A stretch of 35,186 bases of DNA, from positions 1 through 35,186 of the IMG/VR virus record IMGVR_UViG_3300030372_002700; one strand, 5' to 3'. Below, one piece after another: positions 1 to 8,717 of this stretch. The position numbers and the translations under genes are program-made. Source of the stretch: a virus (taxonomy: Duplodnaviria; Caudoviricetes). Each line of letters begins with the position of its first letter. Within the stretch, counting starts at the first letter, position 1. Below the pieces are notes generated by a model. That model had not been told where the DNA came from. It did not search any database and worked only from the letters and a program-made list of their open reading frames with translations.

Positions 1-1
1 T

Positions 2-2287
2 GTAAATGATTTAAGGTTAAAAGAGATAGCGACAGGTGATGAGTCAGGAACCTGGGGCACTTCTACAAACACAAACTTAGAACTAATAGCTGAGGCCTTT
101 AGCTTTGGTACAGAGGCGATAACTACAAACGCAGACACACATACAACCACAATAGCTGATGGATCTACTGATCCAGGCAGATCAATTTATTTAAAATATA
201 CAGGTACTCTTGATAGTGCTTGTACTATTACTATAGGCCCTAATACCGTATCTAAACTTTGGTTTATAGAAAACGGAACATCTGGCTCACAAAATATAAT
301 TATTTCACAAGGCAGTGGAGCAAACATAACTATACCTGCTGGTGATGTAAAAGTAGTTTACTCTGATGGAGCAGGTTCAGGAGCAGCAGTTGTTGATGCT
401 TTTGCTAGTCTTTCTGTTGTAGATCTTAAAGTACAAGATGATTTAACAGTAACAGATGATATGACTGTTGGTGGCACATTAGGTGTTACTGGAGTTGTAA
501 CAGCTAATGCAGGTGTAGTAGTAGATAACATTACAATAGACGGAACCGAAATAGATTTATCTTCTGGTGATTTAACACTTGATGTAGCAGGAGATATTAT
601 TCTCGATGCTGATGGTGCAGATATAAAATTATTAAATGATGGAACACATTGGGGTTCTTTATATACTAATGCAACACCTGCTAATTTATATTTACAAAAC
701 ATGGTATCTGATGGCGATATTTATTTATCAGGTAGTGATGGTGGTTCTAATATAAATGCTCTAGTTCTTGATATGTCAGATGCAGGAACAGCACAATTTA
801 ACAATAGAGTTGCGATTGGTGGAAGTCCAAGTGTTGCACAACTTGACATAAAAGCCAGTAATTCAAACAAATATATTTATTGCGATGATGGAACTAATGC
901 ACTATTAGAAATTAAAGGAACAAGCAGTGAATTAGCAATATCTTCACAAACTACAGGTTTTTCTGCTCATGAGGATATACATTTAAAATCACATAATCTT
1001 ATGTTTTATCAAAATGGTTCTGAACAAGCCCGTATTGATAGTGCAGGAAATGCTATGTTTGGAACTACACAAAATATAGCAAACACAGATTCTAATGATA
1101 CTGGAGGTAGTGCAGCTTTCTTTGGCATGTCGGCAAGTCAAACTGGAACTGGAGTACATATATCTTCAAGAAGAGCTGCTCCTTTAGTCTTAAATAGAAT
1201 GGCAAATGATGGTGATATAATCACTATAAATCAAGCAGGTTCAACAGTTGGTTCTATTGCTTCTGATGGCAACGATTTAACACTTGATGTAGTAGGTAAT
1301 ATAAGATTAGATGCTGATGATAATGGTGAGATAAGATTTCAAGATGCAGGTACAACTTACGCAACAATTAAGAAAGATGGCAACAACGCACTTTTTCAAT
1401 CTATAGTAGCTGATGGCGATTTTATAATACAAGGTATTGATGGCTCTTCTTTTATTTCTGCTCTTAGCATTGATATGTCAGAAGGGGGGAATTGTGCAAT
1501 AGGCTCACACACACCTACAGCAAAACTAGATGTTAGAGGTTCAGTAAATTCAGAACACGTAGTAATTACAGGTGGTAGTAACTCGGGCAGAGGATTATCA
1601 ATACAAACTGCTTCTAGTGGTGGTCAACAAGATGCTGGTGTAGTATTTGATGCACAAGATACAGAAAGTGGTGCAAATCCATATATCGCTTTTGAAACTG
1701 CTGGTAGTGAAGCCATGAGAATCACAAGTGGCGGAGACGTACTTATTGGAGTAACCAGTGCAGGTGCAACCTTGCATGTTAAAGAAGCAGCAAATAAAAG
1801 TGAATCAGATGGTCATTTTAGAATTGAAGGAAATGGATATTCTTCAATCCAATGGTTAGATGGAACTGCTTATTATATTGGGCAAAACTCTAATTCCAGA
1901 AGTTTGCGATTTTACTCAGGTTCTGATGAAACTGCGGGTGCTCAGTTATCAGCAGGTGGCACTTCTTTTACTACATTTTCTGATGAAAGGTTAAAAGAAA
2001 ATGTACAAGATATTGGTTCTGTTAAAGAAAAAATAAAAGATATAAGATGTGTAAGTTTTAATAGAAATGATATAGAAAATTCAAAAGAAACGATTGGTTT
2101 TATTGCACAAGATTTTATAGGTAAATTTGACCAAGTTTTAGATAAAAGTAAATTTACAGGTGATGATACCTATTATTATGGCATTAAATATACAGAAACT
2201 ATACCAATTTTATTAAAAGCTATACAAGAGCAACAAGAGCAGATTGATGCCTTACAATCTGAAATTAATATTTTAAAAGGAGAATAA
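2..2287 (+). CDS. Tail fibre protein with C-terminal intramolecular chaperone (peptidase S74) domain; 5'-truncated by the window edge
   Basis: Frame is open from base 2 (VNDLRLKEIATGDESGTWGTSTNTNLELIAE..., a typical marine phage fibre N-terminus) and in frame with the tracked ORF at 461. G/T/D-rich beta repeats. C-terminal SDERLKENV...GFIAQD...PILLKAIQEQQEQIDAL is the S74 chaperone signature. Confidence 0.9.
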   Translation, partial: VNDLRLKEIATGDESGTWGTSTNTNLELIAEAFSFGTEAITTNADTHTTTIADGSTDPGRSIYLKYTGTLDSACTITIGPNTVSKLWFIENGTSGSQNIIISQGSGANITIPAGDVKVVYSDGAGSGAAVVDAFASLSVVDLKVQDDLTVTDDMTVGGTLGVTGVVTANAGVVVDNITIDGTEIDLSSGDLTLDVAGDIILDADGADIKLLNDGTHWGSLYTNATPANLYLQNMVSDGDIYLSGSDGGSNINALVLDMSDAGTAQFNNRVAIGGSPSVAQLDIKASNSNKYIYCDDGTNALLEIKGTSSELAISSQTTGFSAHEDIHLKSHNLMFYQNGSEQARIDSAGNAMFGTTQNIANTDSNDTGGSAAFFGMSASQTGTGVHISSRRAAPLVLNRMANDGDIITINQAGSTVGSIASDGNDLTLDVVGNIRLDADDNGEIRFQDAGTTYATIKKDGNNALFQSIVADGDFIIQGIDGSSFISALSIDMSEGGNCAIGSHTPTAKLDVRGSVNSEHVVITGGSNSGRGLSIQTASSGGQQDAGVVFDAQDTESGANPYIAFETAGSEAMRITSGGDVLIGVTSAGATLHVKEAANKSESDGHFRIEGNGYSSIQWLDGTAYYIGQNSNSRSLRFYSGSDETAGAQLSAGGTSFTTFSDERLKENVQDIGSVKEKIKDIRCVSFNRNDIENSKETIGFIAQDFIGKFDQVLDKSKFTGDDTYYYGIKYTETIPILLKAIQEQQEQIDALQSEINILKGE
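569..1292 (+). repeat. Internal duplication in tail fibre; exact 19-bp direct repeat GATTTAACACTTGATGTAG at 569-587 and 1274-1292
   Basis: Seen directly. Both copies start a similar protein module (DLTLDVxGxIxLDAD...DGDxxxxGxDGxSxIxALxxDMS). Confidence 0.85.
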
Positions 2288-2288
2288 T

Positions 2289-2636
2289 ATGGCAATAGGA
2301 TATACTTGGGATTGTAAAACTTGTGATACATATCCTACAAAAAGCGGTAAATCAAATGTGGTTTATAATGTGCATTGGAGATTAACTGCTACAGACGACA
2401 CTAATAAAGACAGTGATGGTAATAACTGGACAGCATCTTGTTATGGTGCACAAGAATTAGATACATCTGATCTATCTATTTTTAAAAATTGGTCTAGTCT
2501 TACTAATAGCGATGTACAGGCTTGGGTAGAAGCTGCATTAGGTAGCGATGAAGTAACTAATATGAAAGCATCATTAGATGCAAATATAGCCAAAAAAATT
2601 ACGCCAACTTCTGTACAAAAAACATTGAGTTCTTAA
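2289..2636 (+). CDS. Tail-fibre-associated hypothetical protein
   Basis: 115 aa, RBS AGGAG, directly after the fibre. YTW...VYNVHWRL...VQAWVEAALG pattern is common beside marine phage fibres. Confidence 0.7.
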   Translation: MAIGYTWDCKTCDTYPTKSGKSNVVYNVHWRLTATDDTNKDSDGNNWTASCYGAQELDTSDLSIFKNWSSLTNSDVQAWVEAALGSDEVTNMKASLDANIAKKITPTSVQKTLSS

Positions 2637-2637
2637 T

Positions 2638-2886
2638 ATGGCTACGCAAGAACCAGTAGTAATGATTGATGACAAAGAAATTAAAGTAAGCGAACTTACT
2701 AACGAACAACAATATTTTCATAGTCAAATACTAGATTTAACTAATAAACAAAAACGCATACAGTTTGAACTTGACCAAGTTAATGCCAGTTTAAGTGTGT
2801 TTCAAAACGCATTTATAGAGTCTGCTAAACAAAAAGCAGATGAAGTCTTAAATAATCCAGAGGAGGATAAAAATGACAATTCTTAA
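2638..2886 (+). CDS. Small coiled-coil hypothetical protein
   Basis: 82 aa, tightly packed in the operon, heptad pattern. Confidence 0.65.
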   Translation: MATQEPVVMIDDKEIKVSELTNEQQYFHSQILDLTNKQKRIQFELDQVNASLSVFQNAFIESAKQKADEVLNNPEEDKNDNS

Positions 2887-3037
2887 TATATTAGTATGGG
2901 TTACTGCAATTATATCTATAGCTTCTGTTGTAGCAGCAATAACTCCAACACCTAAAGATGACCATTGGTTTAGTTACTTATACAAAGTAATAGATTGGTG
3001 TGCATTAAATGTTTTAAAAGCAAAGGATAAAGGATGA
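2873..3037 (+). CDS. Small membrane protein (TPTPKDD type; possibly holin-like), not in the ORF track
   Basis: 54 aa MTILNILVWVTAIISIASVVAAITPTPKDDHW...; strong RBS GAGGAGG; N-terminal TM helix. Confidence 0.7.
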   Translation: MTILNILVWVTAIISIASVVAAITPTPKDDHWFSYLYKVIDWCALNVLKAKDKG

Positions 3038-3195
3038 GTTGGTTAGAAAAAATGTGGAGCAAGGTTACTGGAACTGAAAAAATAAAAGTAAGAACCAGGA
3101 ATAAAAAAGGTCATTATGTTGCTGATGACAAATCAACACCAGATGTAGATGAAGCTTGGACAACAAAAAGAGTTAAAAAATCTAAAGAATCCTAA
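3034..3195 (+). CDS. Small basic hypothetical protein, not in the ORF track
   Basis: 53 aa MSWLEKMWSKVTG...KGHYVADDKSTPDVDEAW; ATGA and TAATG overlaps with both neighbours. Confidence 0.65.
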   Translation: MSWLEKMWSKVTGTEKIKVRTRNKKGHYVADDKSTPDVDEAWTTKRVKKSKES

Positions 3196-3575
3196 TGGCT
3201 AAATCACCCGATGCGTTTGTTTATAACGCTACACTTGATAGAATCGTTGATGGCGATACTTTTGATTGTATTTTAGATCTTGGTTTTGATGTAAAACTTC
3301 ACAAACAACGTGTTAGGCTTGCTGGTATAGATACACCAGAAAGCAGAACACGTGATCTTGCTGAAAAAAAACTTGGCCTTGCTGCAAAAGAAAGACTAAA
3401 AGAATTGTGTGTAGGCAATATAAAAATTAAATCGTTGGGCAAAGGTAAGTACGGTCGTATATTGGGCATACCTTATACAGAAGACGGCAGAGATATTTGT
3501 GATGTTCTTATTAAAGAAGGTCATGCCGTTGAATACGATGGAGGCAAAAAGAAAAAAGTTTGGGGTGATTACTAA
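3195..3575 (+). CDS. Thermonuclease (SNase) family nuclease
   Basis: Motifs VDGDT, VRLAGIDTPE and KYGRILG; no signal peptide. Confidence 0.9.
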   Translation: MAKSPDAFVYNATLDRIVDGDTFDCILDLGFDVKLHKQRVRLAGIDTPESRTRDLAEKKLGLAAKERLKELCVGNIKIKSLGKGKYGRILGIPYTEDGRDICDVLIKEGHAVEYDGGKKKKVWGDY

Positions 3576-3925
3576 TGGAATCAGCCGTAACTTTAATTCA
3601 AGAAGTTGGATTTCCTATTGCAGCAGCATTAGGGCTTGGTTGGTTTATTTACAAACTAATTATGCGTATTGTTGACGGTATGGAGACTAAACTTGATACT
3701 GTTGATGAAAAAGTAGAAGCACAAATAGCTGCTATAGAAGAACGACTTGGTACAAAACTTGATTCACAACATGGTATTTTGGTAGCATTAATAGATAGAG
3801 TGCGAAGTTTAGATAACGAAATTATAAGACAAGATACTTTAGTTAAAACTATTCTTGGCGTACCACAACTTATAGATAGCAATAAAATTGCAAAGGCGAA
3901 TAGAGATGACCAAAGAAAAGATTAA
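3575..3925 (+). CDS. Single-TM plus coiled-coil protein (YvrJ/holin-like N-terminus)
   Basis: VGFPIAAALGLGWFIY TM segment followed by a coiled coil; coupled to neighbours. Confidence 0.6.
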   Translation: MESAVTLIQEVGFPIAAALGLGWFIYKLIMRIVDGMETKLDTVDEKVEAQIAAIEERLGTKLDSQHGILVALIDRVRSLDNEIIRQDTLVKTILGVPQLIDSNKIAKANRDDQRKD

Positions 3926-4406
3926 CGAAACTGAAGCAGAAAAAACTAGAATACTAATTGGTGTAATGTTTTTTGGTTTAATTATGTTTATAGGAATAAT
4001 AGCTATAAATATAAAAGCAGATCAAATAGTACATAAATTTAAGTCGCCTAGTTTTAATGGCGTAGGAACATCATCTCATTACTTAACCATAGAAAACCAA
4101 GAACACACCCGCAAACTTACACTTAAAGAAGAAATTAAAGCCTTACAAGATGAAATCAAAAGAGAAAAAGAAAACTCTACTCTTGCAAGATTTATGCGTA
4201 ATCTTGAATCTAGGGTTTACGCAGAATTATCAAGACAGTTAGTTAATAACTTATTCGGAGAAACACCGCAAAGTTCAGGTACAATTACCCTAGAAGGCAA
4301 TACAATAGTATATACAAGTGATGGCACTACATTAACCCTAACTATAACCGAGCAAGATGGTACAATTACAACGATCGTTATTCCTATCGGTACTTTTACT
4401 TTCTAG
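3906..4406 (+). CDS. csgF: Curli assembly protein CsgF-like
   Basis: Hydrophobic leader, then IVHKFKSPSFNGVGTSSHYLTIENQE, resembling the CsgF N-terminal NPxFGG pore-binding peptide. FMRNLESRVYAELSRQL...LFG and a C-terminal beta-rich tail. Directly upstream of csgG. Start at 3906 preferred over 3888. Confidence 0.8.
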   Translation: MTKEKINETEAEKTRILIGVMFFGLIMFIGIIAINIKADQIVHKFKSPSFNGVGTSSHYLTIENQEHTRKLTLKEEIKALQDEIKREKENSTLARFMRNLESRVYAELSRQLVNNLFGETPQSSGTITLEGNTIVYTSDGTTLTLTITEQDGTITTIVIPIGTFTF

Positions 4407-5262
4407 TTGTTCTACATTTGATCAACTTGAAGATACTTACGAACATAGGTTTTCAGCTCATAATGTTGTAAGTATTCAAGATTTACAATCTAAAGAACTT
4501 AAAAACGTACCTATACCTCAGGTAAGTCCTGTAGTCGCTGTATATCCAACCGCATTTACAGATCAGACAGGACAAAGAAAAAGCAACAGCGAATTTGCAC
4601 TGTTTAGCACAGCTATAACCCAACAGCCAAATGCATTATTAATACGAGCTTTAAAACACGCAGGTAATGGTCAATTTTTTAGAGTCGTAGAAAGAGTTGG
4701 TTTAGATAACTTAACCAAAGAACGACAGCTCATAAGATCTGCAAGAGAACAAACTGCTAGTGAAGATGAAAAAAAGAAAGCTCTAAGGCCACTTTTATTT
4801 GCTGGTATTTTGATAGAAGGTGCCGTAATTTCTTATGAATCTAATTTAGAAAGTGGGGGTTCTGGTGCCAGATATTTAGGTGTAGGTAAAAGTGTACAAT
4901 ATAGAGAAGACAACATAACTGTAAGTTTACGTATGGTTTCTGTTGCAACAGGCGAAGTCCTGCTAGAAGTGTTAAGCCAAAAAACCATATTTAGCTACGG
5001 AAAATCTGAGGATATATTTAGGTTTATTGAAGCAGGTACCGAGCTAGTAGAAGTAGAAATGGGTAACGCAAGAAACGAGTCATCTACCATAGCTTTAATG
5101 AAAGCTATAGAGGGTGGTATATTAGAAATAGTAGAAACAGGATATGAAAAAGGATTTTGGGTTTTACAAAACAAAAACGAAGGAGTAGAATTAAACAATG
5201 AACAAATTAAAATTAATAAGCCTGATTGTGATGATGACTGCGTTGACGACATACGCGGCTGA
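4357..5262 (+). CDS. csgG: Curli secretion channel lipoprotein CsgG (CsgG/HfaB family)
   Basis: Lipobox LLLSSC. Motifs VAVY..FTDQTGQRK, FSTAITQ, FRVVERVGLDNLTKERQLIR, SGGSGARYLG, QYREDNITVSLRMVSVATGEVL. Confidence 0.93.
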   Translation: MVQLQRSLFLSVLLLSSCSTFDQLEDTYEHRFSAHNVVSIQDLQSKELKNVPIPQVSPVVAVYPTAFTDQTGQRKSNSEFALFSTAITQQPNALLIRALKHAGNGQFFRVVERVGLDNLTKERQLIRSAREQTASEDEKKKALRPLLFAGILIEGAVISYESNLESGGSGARYLGVGKSVQYREDNITVSLRMVSVATGEVLLEVLSQKTIFSYGKSEDIFRFIEAGTELVEVEMGNARNESSTIALMKAIEGGILEIVETGYEKGFWVLQNKNEGVELNNEQIKINKPDCDDDCVDDIRG

Positions 5263-5929
5263 TAACGAAATATATGTAGAACAATCTGGTACTGGAGCAA
5301 ATATAGACCTAGAACAATTAGGTATATCTAATATTATTGGGGGGTTAAACTCGACTCCTGGCAGCATAAATGCTTTTGATTTAGACGGAAATAGCATGAC
5401 ACTTGACATTAATATGATTGGTGCAACCAATAAATTTTTAGGTGATATATTTGCTGATAACTTTACAGGTTTTTATGAGTTTGATGGCGGCACTAATTCA
5501 TTTACCATACAAGTTGATCCTACAGATACTTACAGTTCAGATGGATCTAATCAAAATGTAGATGTTACAGGAAGCGGCAACACCTTTACTTTAAATCAAG
5601 GCACTTCAGCTTTAGCTTCACAACTTGATTTAGATTGGATTATTCAAGGATCTAACAACACAGTTACTTCTAATATAAACATAGATGGAGCAACCAATTT
5701 TATGGATATAGATGGAAGTGATAATACAGTTACATATACTGGTACTGGAGTAACAGCTAGTGCAGGTGGATATTTTTATCTTGACCACACAGGAGGTTCA
5801 AGAACCTTTAATATCCAACAACTAAGCACCCAAGATAATGACTGGCTTAAGATTATTTCAATTTCTGGCACTGCCGCTTCTACTGTTTGCGTTATTCAAA
5901 ACGACCAAGGTACAAGCACAAGCTGCTGA
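5198..5929 (+). CDS. Secreted curlin-repeat-like (beta-solenoid) protein
   Basis: Sec signal (MNKLKLISLIVMMTALTTYA). Repeated hydrophobic-x-Q/D-x-G-x-x-N units (IYVEQSG, IDLEQLGISNII, VDVTGSGNTF, WIIQGSNNTV, MDIDGSDNTV). N/G/D/T-rich and almost no basic residues. Confidence 0.7.
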   Translation: MNKLKLISLIVMMTALTTYAADNEIYVEQSGTGANIDLEQLGISNIIGGLNSTPGSINAFDLDGNSMTLDINMIGATNKFLGDIFADNFTGFYEFDGGTNSFTIQVDPTDTYSSDGSNQNVDVTGSGNTFTLNQGTSALASQLDLDWIIQGSNNTVTSNINIDGATNFMDIDGSDNTVTYTGTGVTASAGGYFYLDHTGGSRTFNIQQLSTQDNDWLKIISISGTAASTVCVIQNDQGTSTSC

Positions 5930-6956
5930 TATAGGAGATATTTCTGAACTAAATGGTTCAGCTCAAATCCTAAGAGATAAACCTTATGATGCAAATCTTA
6001 AATTTGCAATTCAAAGTAATGATGAGGCTATAACCAAAGATGGCCGTATGGCTATTACTTTTCTTGATGATTCTACAGTAAAACTTACAGAACATAGTCA
6101 GCTACTTATTGACGAGTACATATATGATCCAGACCCAAGCAAAGCAAAGATGGCTCTTACCTTTGGTCTTGGTACAGCTAGGTTTATTACAGGCAATTTA
6201 AACCGTATAGATAAACAAAATATCACTCTTAAAACACCTACAGCTAATATAGCTATACGTGGCACTGATTTTACGGCTACAGTTGATGAACTAGGGCGTA
6301 GCCTTATAATATTGCTACCAGACGCTCTAGGGCTCTCTAGTGGCGAAATAGAGGTGGTTACTGCTATGGGCACTGTTTTACTTAATAAACCATACGAGGA
6401 GACTACAGTAAGCGTATTCGAGTCAGCTCCAACAAAACCAGTAATTTTAGATTTAACACTAGATGTTATAGATAATATGTTGATAGTAACACCACCTAAA
6501 GAAGAAGTGCTAGTAGAAGAAGAAAACACCACTACAAAAGCAGATAGCGTGTTAGATTTTAATGATCTTGATATAGATTATCTTGCAGAGGACTATTTAA
6601 AAGAAGATAGTCTTGAATTTACAGAATTAGATATAAATTATCTTGATGTAAATTACCTTGAAGACCTTCTTAACGTTTTAGATGCTTTAGCTATTGCTGA
6701 AGAAGAAGATGTATTAGCACAAGCTACAAGCACGCAGATAACTGGAACTATGCTTGGCAAAGATCCTGACACGCAAATAACTGCTTTAATTACAGGAAAC
6801 GTAGTAAGTTTGCGTAGAGAGGTAAGTGAAAGTGTTAGGTTAGATTTAGATGGCAGTACTGCATATACAGTTATTTTGATACAAGATGGTATTTCTAATA
6901 CAATAAAAATTAATGGGGGAAGTGATAGCATTATTACTATCACTCAAAGTGATTAA
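5838..6956 (+). CDS. FecR-domain periplasmic protein
   Basis: Signal/TM, then the FecR core (ITFLDDSTVKLTEHSQLLI...GTARF...TPTANIAIRGTDF), an acidic linker and a beta-rich C-terminus. Confidence 0.85.
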   Translation: MTGLRLFQFLALPLLLFALFKTTKVQAQAADIGDISELNGSAQILRDKPYDANLKFAIQSNDEAITKDGRMAITFLDDSTVKLTEHSQLLIDEYIYDPDPSKAKMALTFGLGTARFITGNLNRIDKQNITLKTPTANIAIRGTDFTATVDELGRSLIILLPDALGLSSGEIEVVTAMGTVLLNKPYEETTVSVFESAPTKPVILDLTLDVIDNMLIVTPPKEEVLVEEENTTTKADSVLDFNDLDIDYLAEDYLKEDSLEFTELDINYLDVNYLEDLLNVLDALAIAEEEDVLAQATSTQITGTMLGKDPDTQITALITGNVVSLRREVSESVRLDLDGSTAYTVILIQDGISNTIKINGGSDSIITITQSD

Positions 6957-8717
6957 ATGAAACGACTATTATTACCTGTGCTTATAATGCTATCTTTACC
7001 ATTATTATTTCAAAGCACGCCTACAGAAATATTAAAACTAAAAACTTTTGATGCTTTAATACAAACACCAGAAGAATCAGGTAACTTTACAATACTTAAT
7101 ATAACCGAAGAAGATGTGGAACGTGAAGGTGGTTGGCCTTTACCCAGACAAAGATTAGCTGAAATACAATTACAAATATTAGGTAAAGGTGCAGTAGGTG
7201 TTGGTTGGGTTATATCTTTTCCACAAGCAGACAGAATGGGTGGAGATGAAGACTTCGCTAGATCTTTGGGATACGCACCATCTGTTATAGCTATGTTTGA
7301 AGATGGTAAAGGTAATTACCCTGCATCTCCTGGAACCGTTGTACTTGGAGATGATAATGGTGGTATAATAAGCACGGGAGTTAAGCAGAACCTACTTCTC
7401 TTATCCAATCACACACTTCAAGGTTTAGCGATTGCTCCCACAGATGTAGATCAACTTGTTAGAAGAATACCTCTTTTAGTAAAAACTCCTGAAAATGAAT
7501 GGATACCTAGTTTTGGCACACAAATATATAAAGCTTTATTTAATGTAAAAACTTATATTATAAAAACTAATGATAATGGTATATCAGAAATATCAATAAG
7601 AGGAATACCACCAGTTAAAACAGACAGCTTTGGCCGTAAATGGATTAGTTGGATAGATACACCACAAACAGACTTACAAGAAATGGAAGTAAATGGTAAG
7701 TTTGTATTTATAGGTGTAACTGCAAACGGAGTAATGCCGCAAGTAGCAACACCTGTAGGCTTGCTAGAGCCACATAAAATACAAGCAGCACTCGCTGAAT
7801 CAATATTAATACAAGATAGTCCATACATTCCTGATTGGTCATTGGCTGCTGAACTAATGATGTTTATTATATTTGTTAGTTTAGTTTGGTTTGCACTTCA
7901 TTATTTAGGTATAACTTGGGGTATCACTGTTGCAACCATGTTAATGGTTACTACTGGTAGTTTAGGATATTACTTTATAAGCAAAGGTTTGTTAGTAGAT
8001 GTATCTTGGACACTTATATCAGAGTTTATTTCAGGATCTATAGCTTTCTATTTAAGGTTTAGACAACAATATAAATTACGTCAACAGATTAAAAAACAGT
8101 TTGAACATTACCTTGATCCACGCCAAGTCAAAAAATTACAAGATGATCCTAGTTCTTTAGTATTAGGTGGTGAACGTAGATACTGCACATTTTTATTCAC
8201 AGATGTAAGGGGATTTACTGCTTTATCTGAACGACTAGAGCCAGAAGAAGTTACTGAAATTATGAACAAAGCTCTTACAATACAAGCTGACACCGTTAAA
8301 AGATATGATGGTATGGTAGATAAGTATATAGGCGATGCTATGATGGCTATTTTTAACGCTCCTATGGATACGCCAGGACATGAAAATTCTGCAGTTTTGT
8401 GTGCTATGGAAATACAAGACAAAATAAAAATGGCTGATTTAGATGTAGAAATAGGCATAGGTGTTAATAGCGGTTATGCAGTTATTGGGAATATGGGCAG
8501 CGAAACTAGATTTGATTATACGGCTATTGGAGATGCAGTAAATCTTGCAGCAAGACTAGAGAGTTCGACTAAGGATGTTGGAGAAGATATTGTTATAGGT
8601 TATGATACTATCAGTGCAAGTAGCTTTAGCGATCAAATTATGTTAAAAGAGCTTGATAGTATTTTTGTAAAAGGTAAAGAAAAACCAATTAAAATATACA
8701 CTATACAATATGGTTAA
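6957..8717 (+). CDS. CHASE2-domain class III adenylate cyclase (membrane-bound)
   Basis: N-terminal TM. CHASE2 motifs (GGWPLPR, PTDVDQLVRRIPL, ATPVG...HKIQA). Three TMs. Cyclase motifs FTDVRGFT, DKYIGDAMMAIF, DYTAIGDAVNLAARLE with intact metal-binding Asp residues and the ATP-specifying Lys/Thr. Confidence 0.93.
   Translation: MKRLLLPVLIMLSLPLLFQSTPTEILKLKTFDALIQTPEESGNFTILNITEEDVEREGGWPLPRQRLAEIQLQILGKGAVGVGWVISFPQADRMGGDEDFARSLGYAPSVIAMFEDGKGNYPASPGTVVLGDDNGGIISTGVKQNLLLLSNHTLQGLAIAPTDVDQLVRRIPLLVKTPENEWIPSFGTQIYKALFNVKTYIIKTNDNGISEISIRGIPPVKTDSFGRKWISWIDTPQTDLQEMEVNGKFVFIGVTANGVMPQVATPVGLLEPHKIQAALAESILIQDSPYIPDWSLAAELMMFIIFVSLVWFALHYLGITWGITVATMLMVTTGSLGYYFISKGLLVDVSWTLISEFISGSIAFYLRFRQQYKLRQQIKKQFEHYLDPRQVKKLQDDPSSLVLGGERRYCTFLFTDVRGFTALSERLEPEEVTEIMNKALTIQADTVKRYDGMVDKYIGDAMMAIFNAPMDTPGHENSAVLCAMEIQDKIKMADLDVEIGIGVNSGYAVIGNMGSETRFDYTAIGDAVNLAARLESSTKDVGEDIVIGYDTISASSFSDQIMLKELDSIFVKGKEKPIKIYTIQYG

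Noticed and set aside
6957-8717. Cyclase as a Pycsar/CBASS-type defence or anti-defence enzyme
   Set aside because: The CHASE2-TM-cyclase architecture with ATP-specifying residues matches sensory adenylate cyclases, and no cyclic-nucleotide-binding effector is adjacent.
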